DNA of 64,000 nucleotides from an uncultured Gammaproteobacteria bacterium (GTDB taxonomy: Bacteria; Patescibacteriota; Patescibacteriia; XYB2-FULL-38-15). Shown here in pieces: positions 17,838 through 27,867 of the stretch. Location: contig OZ246416.1 of assembly GCA_965231095.1 (NCBI GenBank), positions 805,595-869,594 of the forward strand. The letters are read 5' to 3'. The notes under the pieces are model-generated. The model made no database searches and was not told the origin of the DNA. It saw only the letters and a list, made by a program, of their open reading frames with translations. Each line of letters opens with the position of its first letter. Position 1 is the first letter of the stretch. The translations under genes were made by a program, and so were the position numbers.

Positions 17838-19844
17838 ATGAACATTACCGAACTCGCGAGAAAAATTCAGATGACGACCCAAGAATTGAAAGACGTCTTG
17901 CCGACGCTCGGTTTTGATATTGGTCAGCGAGCAATCAAAATTGATGATCGGCTGGCGCATAAAATCATAAACAGCTGGCCGAGCCTCAAAAAAGAATTGG
18001 AAAAAAGAAAAGCAGCGGAATTGGCAAAACTCGCGCCGGAAGAAGAAATCGGCGCGGTCGCCAAAGAAAAAGTTAAAGTAAAATTGCCGCAAGTGATTAC
18101 GGTTCGCGATTTTGCCGCGAGATTGAATTTACCAGTGACGGGCGTGATTAAAGAATTAATGAAAAATGGAATTTTGGCGTCGCTTAATGAACGCATAGAT
18201 TATGAAACCGGGGCGATTGTTGCCGAAGATATGGGTTTTGAAGTGGAAAAAATTGTTGAAGATGAAACGGGCGGAGATTTTGTCGGAGATAAAGTTAAAG
18301 AATTGATGGGGCAAGACGAAAAATCAACTCTCCGAGCGCGACCGCCGGTGGTGGTCGTGATGGGTCACGTTGACCATGGAAAAACAAAATTGCTCGATGC
18401 CATCAGAAAAACTCACGTGATGGAATCGGAAGCGGGCGGCATTACTCAACACATTGGCGCCTATCAGGCGACATATAAAGATAGAGTTTTAACTTTTATT
18501 GATACGCCGGGCCACGAAGCTTTTACCGCCATGCGCAGCCGCGGCGCGAAAATCGCCGACATTGCTATTTTAGTTGTGGCCGCCGACGACGGTGTTCAGC
18601 CGCAAACTAAAGAAGCGATTAAAATTATTGAAGCGGCGAAAATTCCGTTTCTTGTGGCGATAAATAAAATTGATAAGCCGGAAGCCAACATTGAAAAAAT
18701 AAAACAAGAATTGGCGGCCTTGAATTTAATCCCGGAAGATTGGGGAGGAAAAACGATTTGCGTGCCGATTTCCGCAAAACAAATGACGGGCATTGACGGA
18801 CTTTTGGACATGGTGCTTTTGATTGCCGAGATGGAAAAAGAAAAAATTGTGGCGAACCCCGCGCGTTGCGCCCTGGGCACGGTGATTGAAGCGCACATTG
18901 ATAAGGGTGAAGGCCCGGTGGCCACGGTTTTGGTTCAGGCTGGCACGCTCGGTCGAAATGAAAATTTAACAATTGATAATGTTTTGTATGGCCGCGTTCG
19001 GGCGATGAAGAATTTTCGCGGGGAAGTGGTGGACGAGGCAAGCCCGGGAACGCCGGTAAAAATTTTGGGTTTAAAAGCCGCGCCGCAAGTCGGAGATATT
19101 TTGGAAGTTAAAAGTGATCTTGGCGCGTGTCAGAGAAAAATAAAACCGACTTATGCCCAGCGTGATCAGGTGACCGTTAAAAAATCTACCGAAGAGGAAG
19201 AAAAGAAAAAGAAAAAATTAAATATAATTTTGAAAACAGATGTTTTGGGATCGCTTGAAGCGCTTTTGGCGTCTTTTGAAAAGATGGATTATCCGACCGT
19301 GAGTTTGGAAATTGTTTCCCGCGGCCTGGGAAATATCACCGAGGCAGAAGTTTTGCAGGCCGAAGCGATCGGCGCGAAAATTTTCGGGTTTAATGTTTTG
19401 ACCGGACCGAACGTTTCCGAGTTGGCGCGCGACAAAGGCGTGGAAATAAAAATATTTAACATTATTTATAATTTGATTGATGAAGTTAATAAAGGCTTGG
19501 AGGCCTTGCTTGACGTGGAAATTATCCGGACTGAACTTGGAAAAATGAAAGTGATGGCGATTTTTCGGACGGAAGCGGCGAGCATGATTGTCGGGGGAAA
19601 AGTAGAAGAAGGGAAAATCACTTTTGACGCCAAAGCCACGAGCCCGGTTAAAGTAAAAGTTTTGCGAAAACAAGAAGAAGTCGGCGAGGGAATTCTTTTG
19701 CAACTACAATCGGCAAAATCCGAAGTTAAAGAAGTCGCGGCCGGCCAAGAATGCGGTATAAAATTTAAAGGCAAACCGGTTATTCAGGTTGGCGACATGC
19801 TGGCTTTTTATAAAGAAGAAAAGAGAATTAGAAAATTGGAATAA
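17838..19844 (+). CDS. infB: translation initiation factor IF-2
   Basis: G-domain [22 protein letters not shown] and the C-terminal IF-2 domains. 668 aa. Confidence 0.95.
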   Translation: MNITELARKIQMTTQELKDVLPTLGFDIGQRAIKIDDRLAHKIINSWPSLKKELEKRKAAELAKLAPEEEIGAVAKEKVKVKLPQVITVRDFAARLNLPVTGVIKELMKNGILASLNERIDYETGAIVAEDMGFEVEKIVEDETGGDFVGDKVKELMGQDEKSTLRARPPVVVVMGHVDHGKTKLLDAIRKTHVMESEAGGITQHIGAYQATYKDRVLTFIDTPGHEAFTAMRSRGAKIADIAILVVAADDGVQPQTKEAIKIIEAAKIPFLVAINKIDKPEANIEKIKQELAALNLIPEDWGGKTICVPISAKQMTGIDGLLDMVLLIAEMEKEKIVANPARCALGTVIEAHIDKGEGPVATVLVQAGTLGRNENLTIDNVLYGRVRAMKNFRGEVVDEASPGTPVKILGLKAAPQVGDILEVKSDLGACQRKIKPTYAQRDQVTVKKSTEEEEKKKKKLNIILKTDVLGSLEALLASFEKMDYPTVSLEIVSRGLGNITEAEVLQAEAIGAKIFGFNVLTGPNVSELARDKGVEIKIFNIIYNLIDEVNKGLEALLDVEIIRTELGKMKVMAIFRTEAASMIVGGKVEEGKITFDAKATSPVKVKVLRKQEEVGEGILLQLQSAKSEVKEVAAGQECGIKFKGKPVIQVGDMLAFYKEEKRIRKLE

Positions 19845-19970
19845 ATAATTTCAAGATAACAAAATAACAAGACAACAAAATAACAATTACCATTTACCAG
19901 CTGCTAATTACTTTTTGTTAATTGGTAAATAGTAACTAGTAATTAGTAATTGTTTGTTTTGCTAAAATTT

Positions 19971-20297
19971 ATGCCAGAAATTATTTTAAACGATCAAAAT
20001 TTTGAGAACGAAGTTTTAAAATCGGAAGTGCCGGTACTCGTTGATTTTTGGGCGAGTTGGTGTGGACCGTGCAAAATGATGGGGCCGATTGTGGAAGAGG
20101 TCGCGAAAGATATGGAAGGCAAGGCAGTGAAGGTTGCGAAATTAAATGTTGATGAAGCGACGGGGACGGCGGAGAAATATAATGTGATGAGCATTCCGAC
20201 TTTTAAAATTTTTAAAGGCGGGCAAGTGGTTGATGAATTTGTCGGAGTGCAAAGTAAAGAGGAGATTGTAAAGAGATTGGAAAAATTTATTGGCTAA
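19971..20297 (+). CDS. trxA: thioredoxin
   Basis: WASWCGPCK active site. The ATG at 19971 (MPEIILND) is preferred over the TTG-initiated track ORF. Confidence 0.85.
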   Translation: MPEIILNDQNFENEVLKSEVPVLVDFWASWCGPCKMMGPIVEEVAKDMEGKAVKVAKLNVDEATGTAEKYNVMSIPTFKIFKGGQVVDEFVGVQSKEEIVKRLEKFIG

Positions 20298-20302
20298 AAA
20301 AT

Positions 20303-21220
20303 ATGTATGATCTCATAATAATCGGCGGGGGGCCGGCCGGATTTACGGCGGCGATTTACGCCGCGCGCCGAGCGATGAAAACTTTGGTTTTGGCGAAAGA
20401 ATTCGGCGGACAGGCGGTTTATGCTTCCAAGGTGGAAAATTTTCCCGGCATTGATTTGATTTCGGGATATGAATTGATGGAAAAAATGAAAGCCCAGGCA
20501 GAGCGCCTTGGGGCGGAAGTAAAAAATGCCGAAGCAAATGAAATTAAAAAAGAAAATGATCTTTTTTCCCTACGCGATAAAGACGGGAATGTTTATGAGG
20601 GCAAATCTTTAATTTTATCTTTTGGCGCGGTGCCCAGAAAACTTGGATTGCCTAATGAAGATAAGTTTAAGGGAAATGGAATTTCTTATTGCGCGACTTG
20701 CGACGCGCCGTTTTTCAAAAATAAAAACGTGGCGGTGATTGGCGGAGGAAACGCCGCGCTGGACGCCGCCTTACTTTTGGCAAAATTCGCGGCGAAAGTT
20801 TTTTTGATTCACCGGCGAGACGAATTTAAGGGCGAAACGGTGCGGGTAAATGATGTTAAGAAATTATCTAACGTGGAAATTATTTTAAATTCAGAAGTTA
20901 AGGAAATAAAAGGAGAAAAAAATATAGAAGGCGTCAGGGTCGATAGAAATGATAATGGAGAATCTCGCGACTTGGAAGTCGCGGGAATTTTTGTGGAGAT
21001 CGGCCATATCGTGGAATCTGATTTTGTCGGTAAAATGGTGGCGCTTGATCCGCGAAAACAAATAATTGTGAATGATAAAAATGAAACGAATATTGCCGGA
21101 GTTTTTGCCGCCGGTGACGCGACAACTGTGCCGTATAAACAAATTATAATCGCCGCGGGAGAAGGAGCAAAAGCGGCGTTGTCAGCCTATAGTTATTTAC
21201 AAAAAATAAATAGCAAATAA
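20303..21220 (+). CDS. trxB: thioredoxin-disulfide reductase
   Basis: FAD motif IIGGGPAG, the CATC redox-active disulfide, and the NADPH motif GGGNAA. Confidence 0.9.
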   Translation: MYDLIIIGGGPAGFTAAIYAARRAMKTLVLAKEFGGQAVYASKVENFPGIDLISGYELMEKMKAQAERLGAEVKNAEANEIKKENDLFSLRDKDGNVYEGKSLILSFGAVPRKLGLPNEDKFKGNGISYCATCDAPFFKNKNVAVIGGGNAALDAALLLAKFAAKVFLIHRRDEFKGETVRVNDVKKLSNVEIILNSEVKEIKGEKNIEGVRVDRNDNGESRDLEVAGIFVEIGHIVESDFVGKMVALDPRKQIIVNDKNETNIAGVFAAGDATTVPYKQIIIAAGEGAKAALSAYSYLQKINSK

Positions 21221-21226
21221 AAAAAT

Positions 21227-22495
21227 ATGTCACCACTTCAAAATGCGCTTACCCAACTAAAAAAGGCGGCGGACTTGGTAAAATTGAGCCCGGCGGTTTT
21301 GGAAATTTTAAAAAAACCAAAAAAGATTCACCAATTTTTTATTCCGGTAAAAATGGATAACGGTGAAGTAAAAATTTTTGACGGTTATCGCGTTCAGTGG
21401 AACGACGCGCGCGGGCCGTTTAAGGGCGGGATTCGTTTTCATCCCAAAACCGACCTGAACGAAGTTGAAGCCTTGTCTTTTTGGATGACAATAAAATGCG
21501 CGGCGGTCGGGATTCCTTACGGTGGGGGAAAGGGTGGCGTGACGGTTGATCCGAAAAAATTAAGTGTGATGGAACTTGAAAGATTGACGCGCGGCTACAC
21601 CCAAGCTCTTCGAGATTATATCGGGCCGGACAAAGATATTCCCGCGCCAGATGTTTACACCACGCCGCAAATTATGGCTTGGATTATGGATGAATTTTCT
21701 AAAATCAAAGGATATAATGTTCCCGGCGTTGTGACGGGAAAACCGATCGAGCTCGGCGGTTCGGCTGGGCGCGGCACAGCCACGGCCCAGGGCGGATTTT
21801 ATGTTTTGGAAGAAATCGCCAAAAAGATGAAAATTGATCCGAAAAAAACAAAAGTTGTAGTTCAGGGATTTGGTAATGCCGGAGCGAACATGGCTGATTT
21901 ATGTTTCCACACCGGTTATAAAATTATTGGTGTTTCCGATTCGCAAACCGCGATCGTTGATAAATCCGGCAAGGGATTTGATTCGCACACCATCGCGAAA
22001 ATGAAAGAGAAAAAAGGAGTGGTTGATGTTTGTGATTGCGAGGAAATAAAATGTTCTTGTAAAAATCATACGCACGTGACAAATGAAAAGCTTTTGGAAA
22101 CGGATTGCGACATTTTAGTTTTGGCGGCTCTGGAAAATCAAATCACAGGAAAAAATGTCGGCCGCGTAAAAGCTAAAATTATTTTGGAATTGGCAAACGG
22201 CCCAACCGCCCCGGAAGCTGACGAAAAATTATTTAAAAAAGGCGTGCTTGTCGTGCCCGACGTTTTGGCGAACGCCGGCGGAGTGACGGTTTCCTATTTT
22301 GAGTGGGTGCAAAATTTGGCGAATTATTATTGGTCGGAAAAAGAAGTTTTTGAAAAATTAAAAAAAATAATGGTGGATAATTTTGACGCGGCTTGGAAAA
22401 TTAAGGAAGAAAATAAAACCGATTTTCGCACCGCGGTTTTTGCCCTAGCGCTTGGGCGGCTGGAAAAAGCGATTAAGGCGAGAGGATGGGCATAA
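21227..22495 (+). CDS. gdhA: Glu/Leu/Phe/Val-family (glutamate) dehydrogenase
   Basis: GGGKGG catalytic-Lys motif (IPYGGGKGGV) and the NAD(P) Rossmann motif GFGNAG. Confidence 0.85.
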   Translation: MSPLQNALTQLKKAADLVKLSPAVLEILKKPKKIHQFFIPVKMDNGEVKIFDGYRVQWNDARGPFKGGIRFHPKTDLNEVEALSFWMTIKCAAVGIPYGGGKGGVTVDPKKLSVMELERLTRGYTQALRDYIGPDKDIPAPDVYTTPQIMAWIMDEFSKIKGYNVPGVVTGKPIELGGSAGRGTATAQGGFYVLEEIAKKMKIDPKKTKVVVQGFGNAGANMADLCFHTGYKIIGVSDSQTAIVDKSGKGFDSHTIAKMKEKKGVVDVCDCEEIKCSCKNHTHVTNEKLLETDCDILVLAALENQITGKNVGRVKAKIILELANGPTAPEADEKLFKKGVLVVPDVLANAGGVTVSYFEWVQNLANYYWSEKEVFEKLKKIMVDNFDAAWKIKEENKTDFRTAVFALALGRLEKAIKARGWA

Positions 22496-22604
22496 AATGG
22501 AAGACAGAAGTTGGAAGTTTGAAGTTAAAAAAAAGTTCGCCGGCGAGGCGGGCTTTTTTGACTTTTTAAAATAAAAAAAGTAAAGTGAGGCGAAGGAGGA
22601 TAAG

Positions 22605-23018
22605 ATGGGAAAGAAAAAGCGGGGAAAACTGCGAGGTGATATTGTCGCTCTGCGCGCGGCCGTGGCCGGAATGAAGGGCGAAGAAGTGTGCGAGGGCGGC
22701 GGGGAGGAGTCGTATAGCGCGCTCCGGCGGGATCAGCCGGTTTGCGACTTCGGTGAGGGACGAAAGTGTGCGTGCTGCGGATGTTCATTGGCTCGGAGCA
22801 ATCCGGACGAGTTCTGCAGGCCCTGCGATCGCGCTATTGCGGAGTGGAAAAATTTTCCTTGGAACCGCGCCGAGATTGAAAAGCGAATGGCGAAACATTG
22901 CCTTTGTTTTGTCCAATCGGGGACAAAAAAGAAGAGGTCTTGTCGCGGCGTCTCAAGGATCGCTGTGAGCGGCAGTTTCCTGCGGGCGATTGGCGTAGAG
23001 AAATCGGGAGAAAAGTGA
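22605..23018 (+). CDS. GC-rich Cys-rich hypothetical protein (137 aa)
   Basis: SD GAAGGAGG sits 6 nt upstream of the ATG. Contains C-x-C...CACCGC...CRPC...HCLC (10+ Cys). GC and codon usage are foreign to the host. Follows the gdhA terminator. Confidence 0.5.
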   Translation: MGKKKRGKLRGDIVALRAAVAGMKGEEVCEGGGEESYSALRRDQPVCDFGEGRKCACCGCSLARSNPDEFCRPCDRAIAEWKNFPWNRAEIEKRMAKHCLCFVQSGTKKKRSCRGVSRIAVSGSFLRAIGVEKSGEK

Positions 23019-23195
23019 AGCGAGGAAAGAAGTAAGGCAAGGGGTTTGGTTTTGTGCCAGCCCTTTTTTATTTTGATTATTTAAAATTGTTCTTGACATT
23101 TTTAATATAAACTGTTTAAATTAGGTGTTCCGCGAATGTGCGGAAGAGGGTGTAGAATTTAGGCCCCGAGCGGGCTTCTGGGAAGGAGAACGAGG

Positions 23196-24188
23196 ATGAG
23201 GGCGCCTTCATGTGCTGGTCTTGAGGCCGGCGAGGAAGTCATTCTCTGCCGGGTGGAAGAACGGTGGGAAGTGGCTGTAGCGAGGATTCGGTTCGGCCGC
23301 GAAGCGCTCTGTCTCGCGTTGCAGAATTTCATTTTGTTTCTCGGGCACCTTTTGGAAATGTCCGGCGAGACGAGCAAGATCGACCAGATCCTGGCCGCGG
23401 TCGGGAGAGCGAAACTTCCGGAGAAGAAGGAGTTCACCGATCTCGAGGGTCAGAGCCTGCGGGTCATGGAGACCAAGTGGTCTGCTGTGGCTCAAGAAAT
23501 TCGAGCGGGTACAATGGCTCTCTTCCCGGCCTCTGAGGAATTTCTGATGTACGTCGGGAGATACCTCATTGGTCGGGCAGAATCGAAATCGTCCGAGAAG
23601 TCCTGGGCGGAGAAGCAGCAGCTGATGATGCAGGGATTCTACCGCTCTCTCATAGCGGATAACGTCCACATCGCGGCAGAGCTCCGGATCAAGGTTCCTT
23701 CTGGGACTGACGACCAGATTCGGGAGTGGTTCGCCATGGGGAAGAATCTCATCTACGAGCCCTCGGAATACGAAATTCCGGGCGCGCGTCTCATGGCCGC
23801 TCTGCCGCATCGAATGCTGGTGGACGACCCGGGTCAAATCGTCTGGGAGCCGGTTAGAGAAGGACGCTGGCTTCTGGTTGACGCCCAGGAACACTGCCCG
23901 GGTGCCGGCGATCGGTCTTACCGGGGTTACGAAATGGCTCTTGAGAGAGGCCGGCGGATCATCACTCTGCCGCAGTACGCCATCCTCTGGTACATCGGCG
24001 GACTCGGCGGGGAGATCCTGGATCCCGAGACGGACACACTGCTCGCGACTCGCTACGGCGCGGACAGCGTTCTCCACGCTTTCGGCCGGTGCGCCATGCG
24101 AGACCTCCGGTTCTCGGTCGGCGAGTGGCGACACACCACGAAGAAACATCCCAAGATGGGAGTGCGGCTAGTGGAGGTTGTCGCATGA
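23196..24188 (+). CDS. GC-rich hypothetical protein (330 aa)
   Basis: Candidate promoter (TTGACA-17-TTAAAT plus an extended -10 TGTAGAAT) and SD AAGGAGA upstream. Protein-like composition; the antisense ORF (23208-24149) is Pro/Arg/Ser junk. Strong terminator at 24201-24243. Confidence 0.5.
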   Translation: MRAPSCAGLEAGEEVILCRVEERWEVAVARIRFGREALCLALQNFILFLGHLLEMSGETSKIDQILAAVGRAKLPEKKEFTDLEGQSLRVMETKWSAVAQEIRAGTMALFPASEEFLMYVGRYLIGRAESKSSEKSWAEKQQLMMQGFYRSLIADNVHIAAELRIKVPSGTDDQIREWFAMGKNLIYEPSEYEIPGARLMAALPHRMLVDDPGQIVWEPVREGRWLLVDAQEHCPGAGDRSYRGYEMALERGRRIITLPQYAILWYIGGLGGEILDPETDTLLATRYGADSVLHAFGRCAMRDLRFSVGEWRHTTKKHPKMGVRLVEVVA

Positions 24189-24200
24189 ATGGAGGCAGTG

Positions 24201-24243
24201 CTCCGCGTTTTCGGCCTTCGGGTTGGGACGCGGAGTTTTTTTA
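24201..24243 (+). terminator. rho-independent terminator (ctccgcg...cgcggag + T8)
   Basis: 7-bp GC stem closing an inner hairpin, followed by TTTTTTTT. Confidence 0.7.
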
Positions 24244-24272
24244 TTTTGTCGGTTGTGTTAAGATATTAAAAT

Positions 24273-27200
24273 ATGGAATACAATTTTAAGAAAATAGAAA
24301 AGAAGTGGCAGGCGAAATGGGAGAAGGAAAAGATTTATGAAGTTAAAGAACCCGCCGCCGCTCGAGCTAAGGCGGGCGAAGAAAAGTTTTATTGTTTAAT
24401 TGAATTTCCTTATCCCTCGGGAGAAGGGTTGCACGTCGGCCATCCGCGAAGTTATACGGCGCTTGATATTGTCGCCAGAAAAAATCGGATGCAGGGAAAA
24501 AATGTTTTGTACCCAATCGGCTGGGATGCCTTTGGTTTGCCCACGGAAAATTATGCTATCAAAACCGGGATTCAGCCGGCAGTGGCCACGGAAAAAAATA
24601 TTAAAAATTTTACGCGCCAATTAAAGTCGCTCGGATTTTCCTTTGACTGGTCGCGGGAAATTAACACGACTGATCCAGAATATTATAAATGGACACAATG
24701 GATGTTTTTGCAATTTTTTAAACACGGTTTGGCATACAAAGATAAAATCGCTATCAATTGGTGCACAAAATGTAAAATTGGTTTAGCAAATGAAGAAGTG
24801 GTGAACGGCGTTTGCGAACGCTGCGGCGGGACGGTCGTAAAAAAGATGAAAGAGCAGTGGATGATAAAAATTACCAAATACGCCGAACGGCTGCTTTCCG
24901 GTTTGGAAAAAGTTGATTATTCTCCGCGCATTAAAGAAGGGCAGATTAATTGGATTGGAAAATCAGAAGGCGCGGAGGTAGATTTTGGAATTAAGAATTC
25001 AGAATTAAGAATTAAAGTATTCACGACCAGGCCGGACACGCTTTTTGGCGCGACGTATATGGTATTGGCGCCGGAACATAAGTTGATTGAAAATTTAAAA
25101 TTGAAAATTAAAAATTGGGGCGAAGTTGAAAAATATATTAATGATGCGAAGAAAAAATCTGATTTGGAGCGGACGGAATTACAAAAAGAAAAAACCGGTG
25201 TGGAGTTAAAAGGGATCAAGGCGGTGAATCCGGCGAACAATGAAGAAATTCCGATTTGGGCAGCGGATTATGTTTTAACCGGCTACGGCACCGGGGCGAT
25301 TATGGCTGTCCCGGCGCATGATGAACGCGATTTTGAATTTGCCAAAAAATTTGGTTTGCCGATTCGCGAAGTGGTTAAATTTAGCGGAGTCCCGGCTTCA
25401 GCCGGAGAACCCCTGTCTAAAGACAGGACTCCAGAACACGCTTTCGCGGGGGAGGGCACGACAATTAATTCAGATTTTCTTGACGGATTGCCGACGGCTG
25501 AGGCAAAAGAAAAAATTATCAAGTGGTTGGAAGAAAAACATATTGGTAAAAAGGCCGTGAATTATAAATTGCGCGATTGGGTTTTTTCGCGTCAAAGATA
25601 TTGGGGCGAGCCGATTCCCTTGGTGTATTGTGAAAATTGCGCGAAGAAAAAACAGAAAATATTATTGATTCATGGCTTGGGTGGCAATCCACAAGAAAAT
25701 TGGTTTCCGTGGTTTAAAAAACAGATGGAGGAGCGTGGTTTTGAGGTAATTATCCCAGACTTGCCGAAGCCAGAAAAGCTTTATTTAAAAGATTGGTTGA
25801 GCGAATTAGGAAAACTCGGTATAACTTCTGATGATGATTTGTTTGTTATGGGTCATAGTTTGGGTGGCCCCGCAGCGTGTCAGTTTATTTTGAAGAATAA
25901 TTTATCTGTTAAAAAATTAATTTTAGTCGCGCCGGTTGGCAAAAGTTCTGATTGGCAGCAGTTAAAGAAATATGATTTTTCCGAGGATGAAATTGCCACG
26001 ATCGCTCGGTTTGGTGGGGTTCCAATTGACTTTTCTAAATTGAAAAGTTTAGTAATGTCTTCTGTTTTATATTTTTCTAAAGACGATCCATATATTCCTT
26101 TGAATATTCAAGATGACTATAAGGAGTTAAATGGCGCGGTAAGGATTTTTGAAGATAAGAAGCATTTTGGTTCGCTGTGGGGAATTACCGAGTTACCGGA
26201 AATTTTGGAAGAATTTTTTGCGGCTGATGAGTTAAATCTCGGATGGCAGCCGGTGCCAGATAAGGATTTGCCGGTGGAATTGCCAAAAGTTAAAAAATAC
26301 GAGCCGACTGATACCGGAGAATCGCCGCTGGCCGCGATAGAAAAATGGGTGAAGACAAAATGTCCGAAGTGCGGCGGCGAGGCGCGACGGGAAACAGACA
26401 CAATGCCAAACTGGGCCGGGTCGTCGTGGTATTTTATGCGCTACGCTGATCCGAAAAATAAAAAAGAATTTGCCGGAGAGAAAAGTTTGAAATATTTTAT
26501 GCCCGTGGATTGGTACAATGGCGGAATGGAACACACGACACTGCACCTATTGTATTCCAGATTTTGGTATAAATTTTTGTATGATATTGGCGCGATTCCC
26601 AAAGAATGCGGCGATGAACCGTACAAAAAAAGAACTTCGCACGGTTTGATTCTGGGCGAGGGCGGAGAAAAAATGAGTAAGTCGCGCGGCAATGTGGTAA
26701 ATCCCGATGATGTTGTGGCGCGTTTTGGCGCCGACACGCTTCGGGTTTACGAAATGTTTATGGGTCCGTTTGAGCAGGCAATTCCATGGGATGAAAAAGG
26801 CGTGGTTGGAGTTTTTCGTTTTTTAGAGAGGATATGGCGGTTGCAAGAAAAATGCAAAATTAAAAATGCAAAATTAAAAATTACAATTAAAAATGAAAAA
26901 TTGGAGAGGTTGATACATCAGACAATAAAGAAAGTAGGAGAAGATATTGAGCAAATGAAATTTAACACAGCGGTTTCGGCCTTGATGATTTTAACAAATG
27001 AAATGGCGGCGCAAGAAGAATTACCAGTTGCCAATTACCAATTACTAATTACTCTCTTAGCCCCATTTGCCCCGCACATTGCCGAAGAACTTTGGGAAAA
27101 ACTCGGCAACAAAAAAAGTATCCATTTGGAAAAGTGGCCGGAATATGACCCGGCACTTATTGTTGAAGAAGAAATTGATTTGGTTATTCAGGTGAATGGA

Positions 27201-27839
27201 AAAGTACGTGGCACAGTAAGAGAGAGGGCTGACATAAACGAAGAAGAGGCAAAAGAAATTGCTATAAAAAAGAAGTTGGTTGAGGAAAAAAACATCAAAA
27301 AAACTTTTTTTCCAGACGATATTAGAAAAACTGGAAGTAGATTATTAAATATTGTTACCGTTGGGAGTGCCGTCTTATATAATGGTAATTTGCATCCGAT
27401 AGTTGATATTGGAGTCGACCCGGATGCTGTTGATTTCCGTTTTACCCAAGTGAAAATCTCGGCCGGATCAGTTGAGCCGCTGAATGTCGAACAGATCATT
27501 GCTATCAAAAATGGCACCGCCACCAACAGCGACGTAAAGAATATTACTCTTTATAACGACACGACTGGTGAAACTCTCGGTATGGTGGCGGCTTTGGATA
27601 GTAACGGGAGGGCTGTGTTTTCGAATATAGATTTAAAAATCCCGAAAGGTGGATATGTCGAACTCTCTATCAAAGCCGATATGAATGGCGGTTCTGGCAA
27701 AACAATCGCTTTTAATCTGCACGACGGAAATTCCTCTACCATTATGATCAAAGGTGCGACTTTTAAGTCAGTTATTATCCCGATCAGAAGTAATTTTTGT
27801 AACGCCGACGGCACTTGCCAAATCCAAAGTATTCAGTAG
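24273..27839 (+). CDS. leuS: leucyl-tRNA synthetase with an inserted serine-hydrolase (alpha/beta-hydrolase) domain and a C-terminal extension
   Basis: HIGH ([12 protein letters not shown]), CP1 editing domain ([19 protein letters not shown]) and KMSKS. An in-frame ~205-aa insert between YCENC and CPKCGG carries GHSLGG / DDPYIP / KHFGS. A further ~160 aa follows the conserved LLNIV C-terminus. Confidence 0.9.
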   Translation: MEYNFKKIEKKWQAKWEKEKIYEVKEPAAARAKAGEEKFYCLIEFPYPSGEGLHVGHPRSYTALDIVARKNRMQGKNVLYPIGWDAFGLPTENYAIKTGIQPAVATEKNIKNFTRQLKSLGFSFDWSREINTTDPEYYKWTQWMFLQFFKHGLAYKDKIAINWCTKCKIGLANEEVVNGVCERCGGTVVKKMKEQWMIKITKYAERLLSGLEKVDYSPRIKEGQINWIGKSEGAEVDFGIKNSELRIKVFTTRPDTLFGATYMVLAPEHKLIENLKLKIKNWGEVEKYINDAKKKSDLERTELQKEKTGVELKGIKAVNPANNEEIPIWAADYVLTGYGTGAIMAVPAHDERDFEFAKKFGLPIREVVKFSGVPASAGEPLSKDRTPEHAFAGEGTTINSDFLDGLPTAEAKEKIIKWLEEKHIGKKAVNYKLRDWVFSRQRYWGEPIPLVYCENCAKKKQKILLIHGLGGNPQENWFPWFKKQMEERGFEVIIPDLPKPEKLYLKDWLSELGKLGITSDDDLFVMGHSLGGPAACQFILKNNLSVKKLILVAPVGKSSDWQQLKKYDFSEDEIATIARFGGVPIDFSKLKSLVMSSVLYFSKDDPYIPLNIQDDYKELNGAVRIFEDKKHFGSLWGITELPEILEEFFAADELNLGWQPVPDKDLPVELPKVKKYEPTDTGESPLAAIEKWVKTKCPKCGGEARRETDTMPNWAGSSWYFMRYADPKNKKEFAGEKSLKYFMPVDWYNGGMEHTTLHLLYSRFWYKFLYDIGAIPKECGDEPYKKRTSHGLILGEGGEKMSKSRGNVVNPDDVVARFGADTLRVYEMFMGPFEQAIPWDEKGVVGVFRFLERIWRLQEKCKIKNAKLKITIKNEKLERLIHQTIKKVGEDIEQMKFNTAVSALMILTNEMAAQEELPVANYQLLITLLAPFAPHIAEELWEKLGNKKSIHLEKWPEYDPALIVEEEIDLVIQVNGKVRGTVRERADINEEEAKEIAIKKKLVEEKNIKKTFFPDDIRKTGSRLLNIVTVGSAVLYNGNLHPIVDIGVDPDAVDFRFTQVKISAGSVEPLNVEQIIAIKNGTATNSDVKNITLYNDTTGETLGMVAALDSNGRAVFSNIDLKIPKGGYVELSIKADMNGGSGKTIAFNLHDGNSSTIMIKGATFKSVIIPIRSNFCNADGTCQIQSIQ

Positions 27840-27867
27840 TGTGGGTCTTTGTGACATAGGGGAGGGT

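Noticed and set aside
23620-23640. CUGAUGA-like hammerhead ribozyme core (ctgatgatg).
   Set aside because: No matching CGAAAC / GAAA partner or stems. It lies inside a coding frame (QQLMMQ).
23208-24149. 313-aa minus-strand ORF antisense to the 23196-24188 gene. Similar long antisense ORFs occur at 54831-55247 (-), 55423-55911 (+) and 55908-56243 (+).
   Set aside because: Typical GC-rich antisense artefacts with Pro/Arg/Ser/Gly-dominated junk composition and no RBS. The sense-strand partners have SDs, terminators and protein-like composition.
25650-26266. The LeuRS insertion as an intein.
   Set aside because: No N-terminal Cys/Ser, no C-terminal His-Asn plus Cys/Ser/Thr, and no homing-endonuclease motifs. 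It matches serine-hydrolase motifs instead.
26836-26900. Short tandem aaaatgcaaaattaaaaatgcaaaattaaaaatt repeat, considered as a possible CRISPR-like or satellite repeat.
   Set aside because: It lies inside the leuS reading frame and encodes a low-complexity [15 protein letters not shown] segment. There is no repeat-spacer architecture anywhere in the window.
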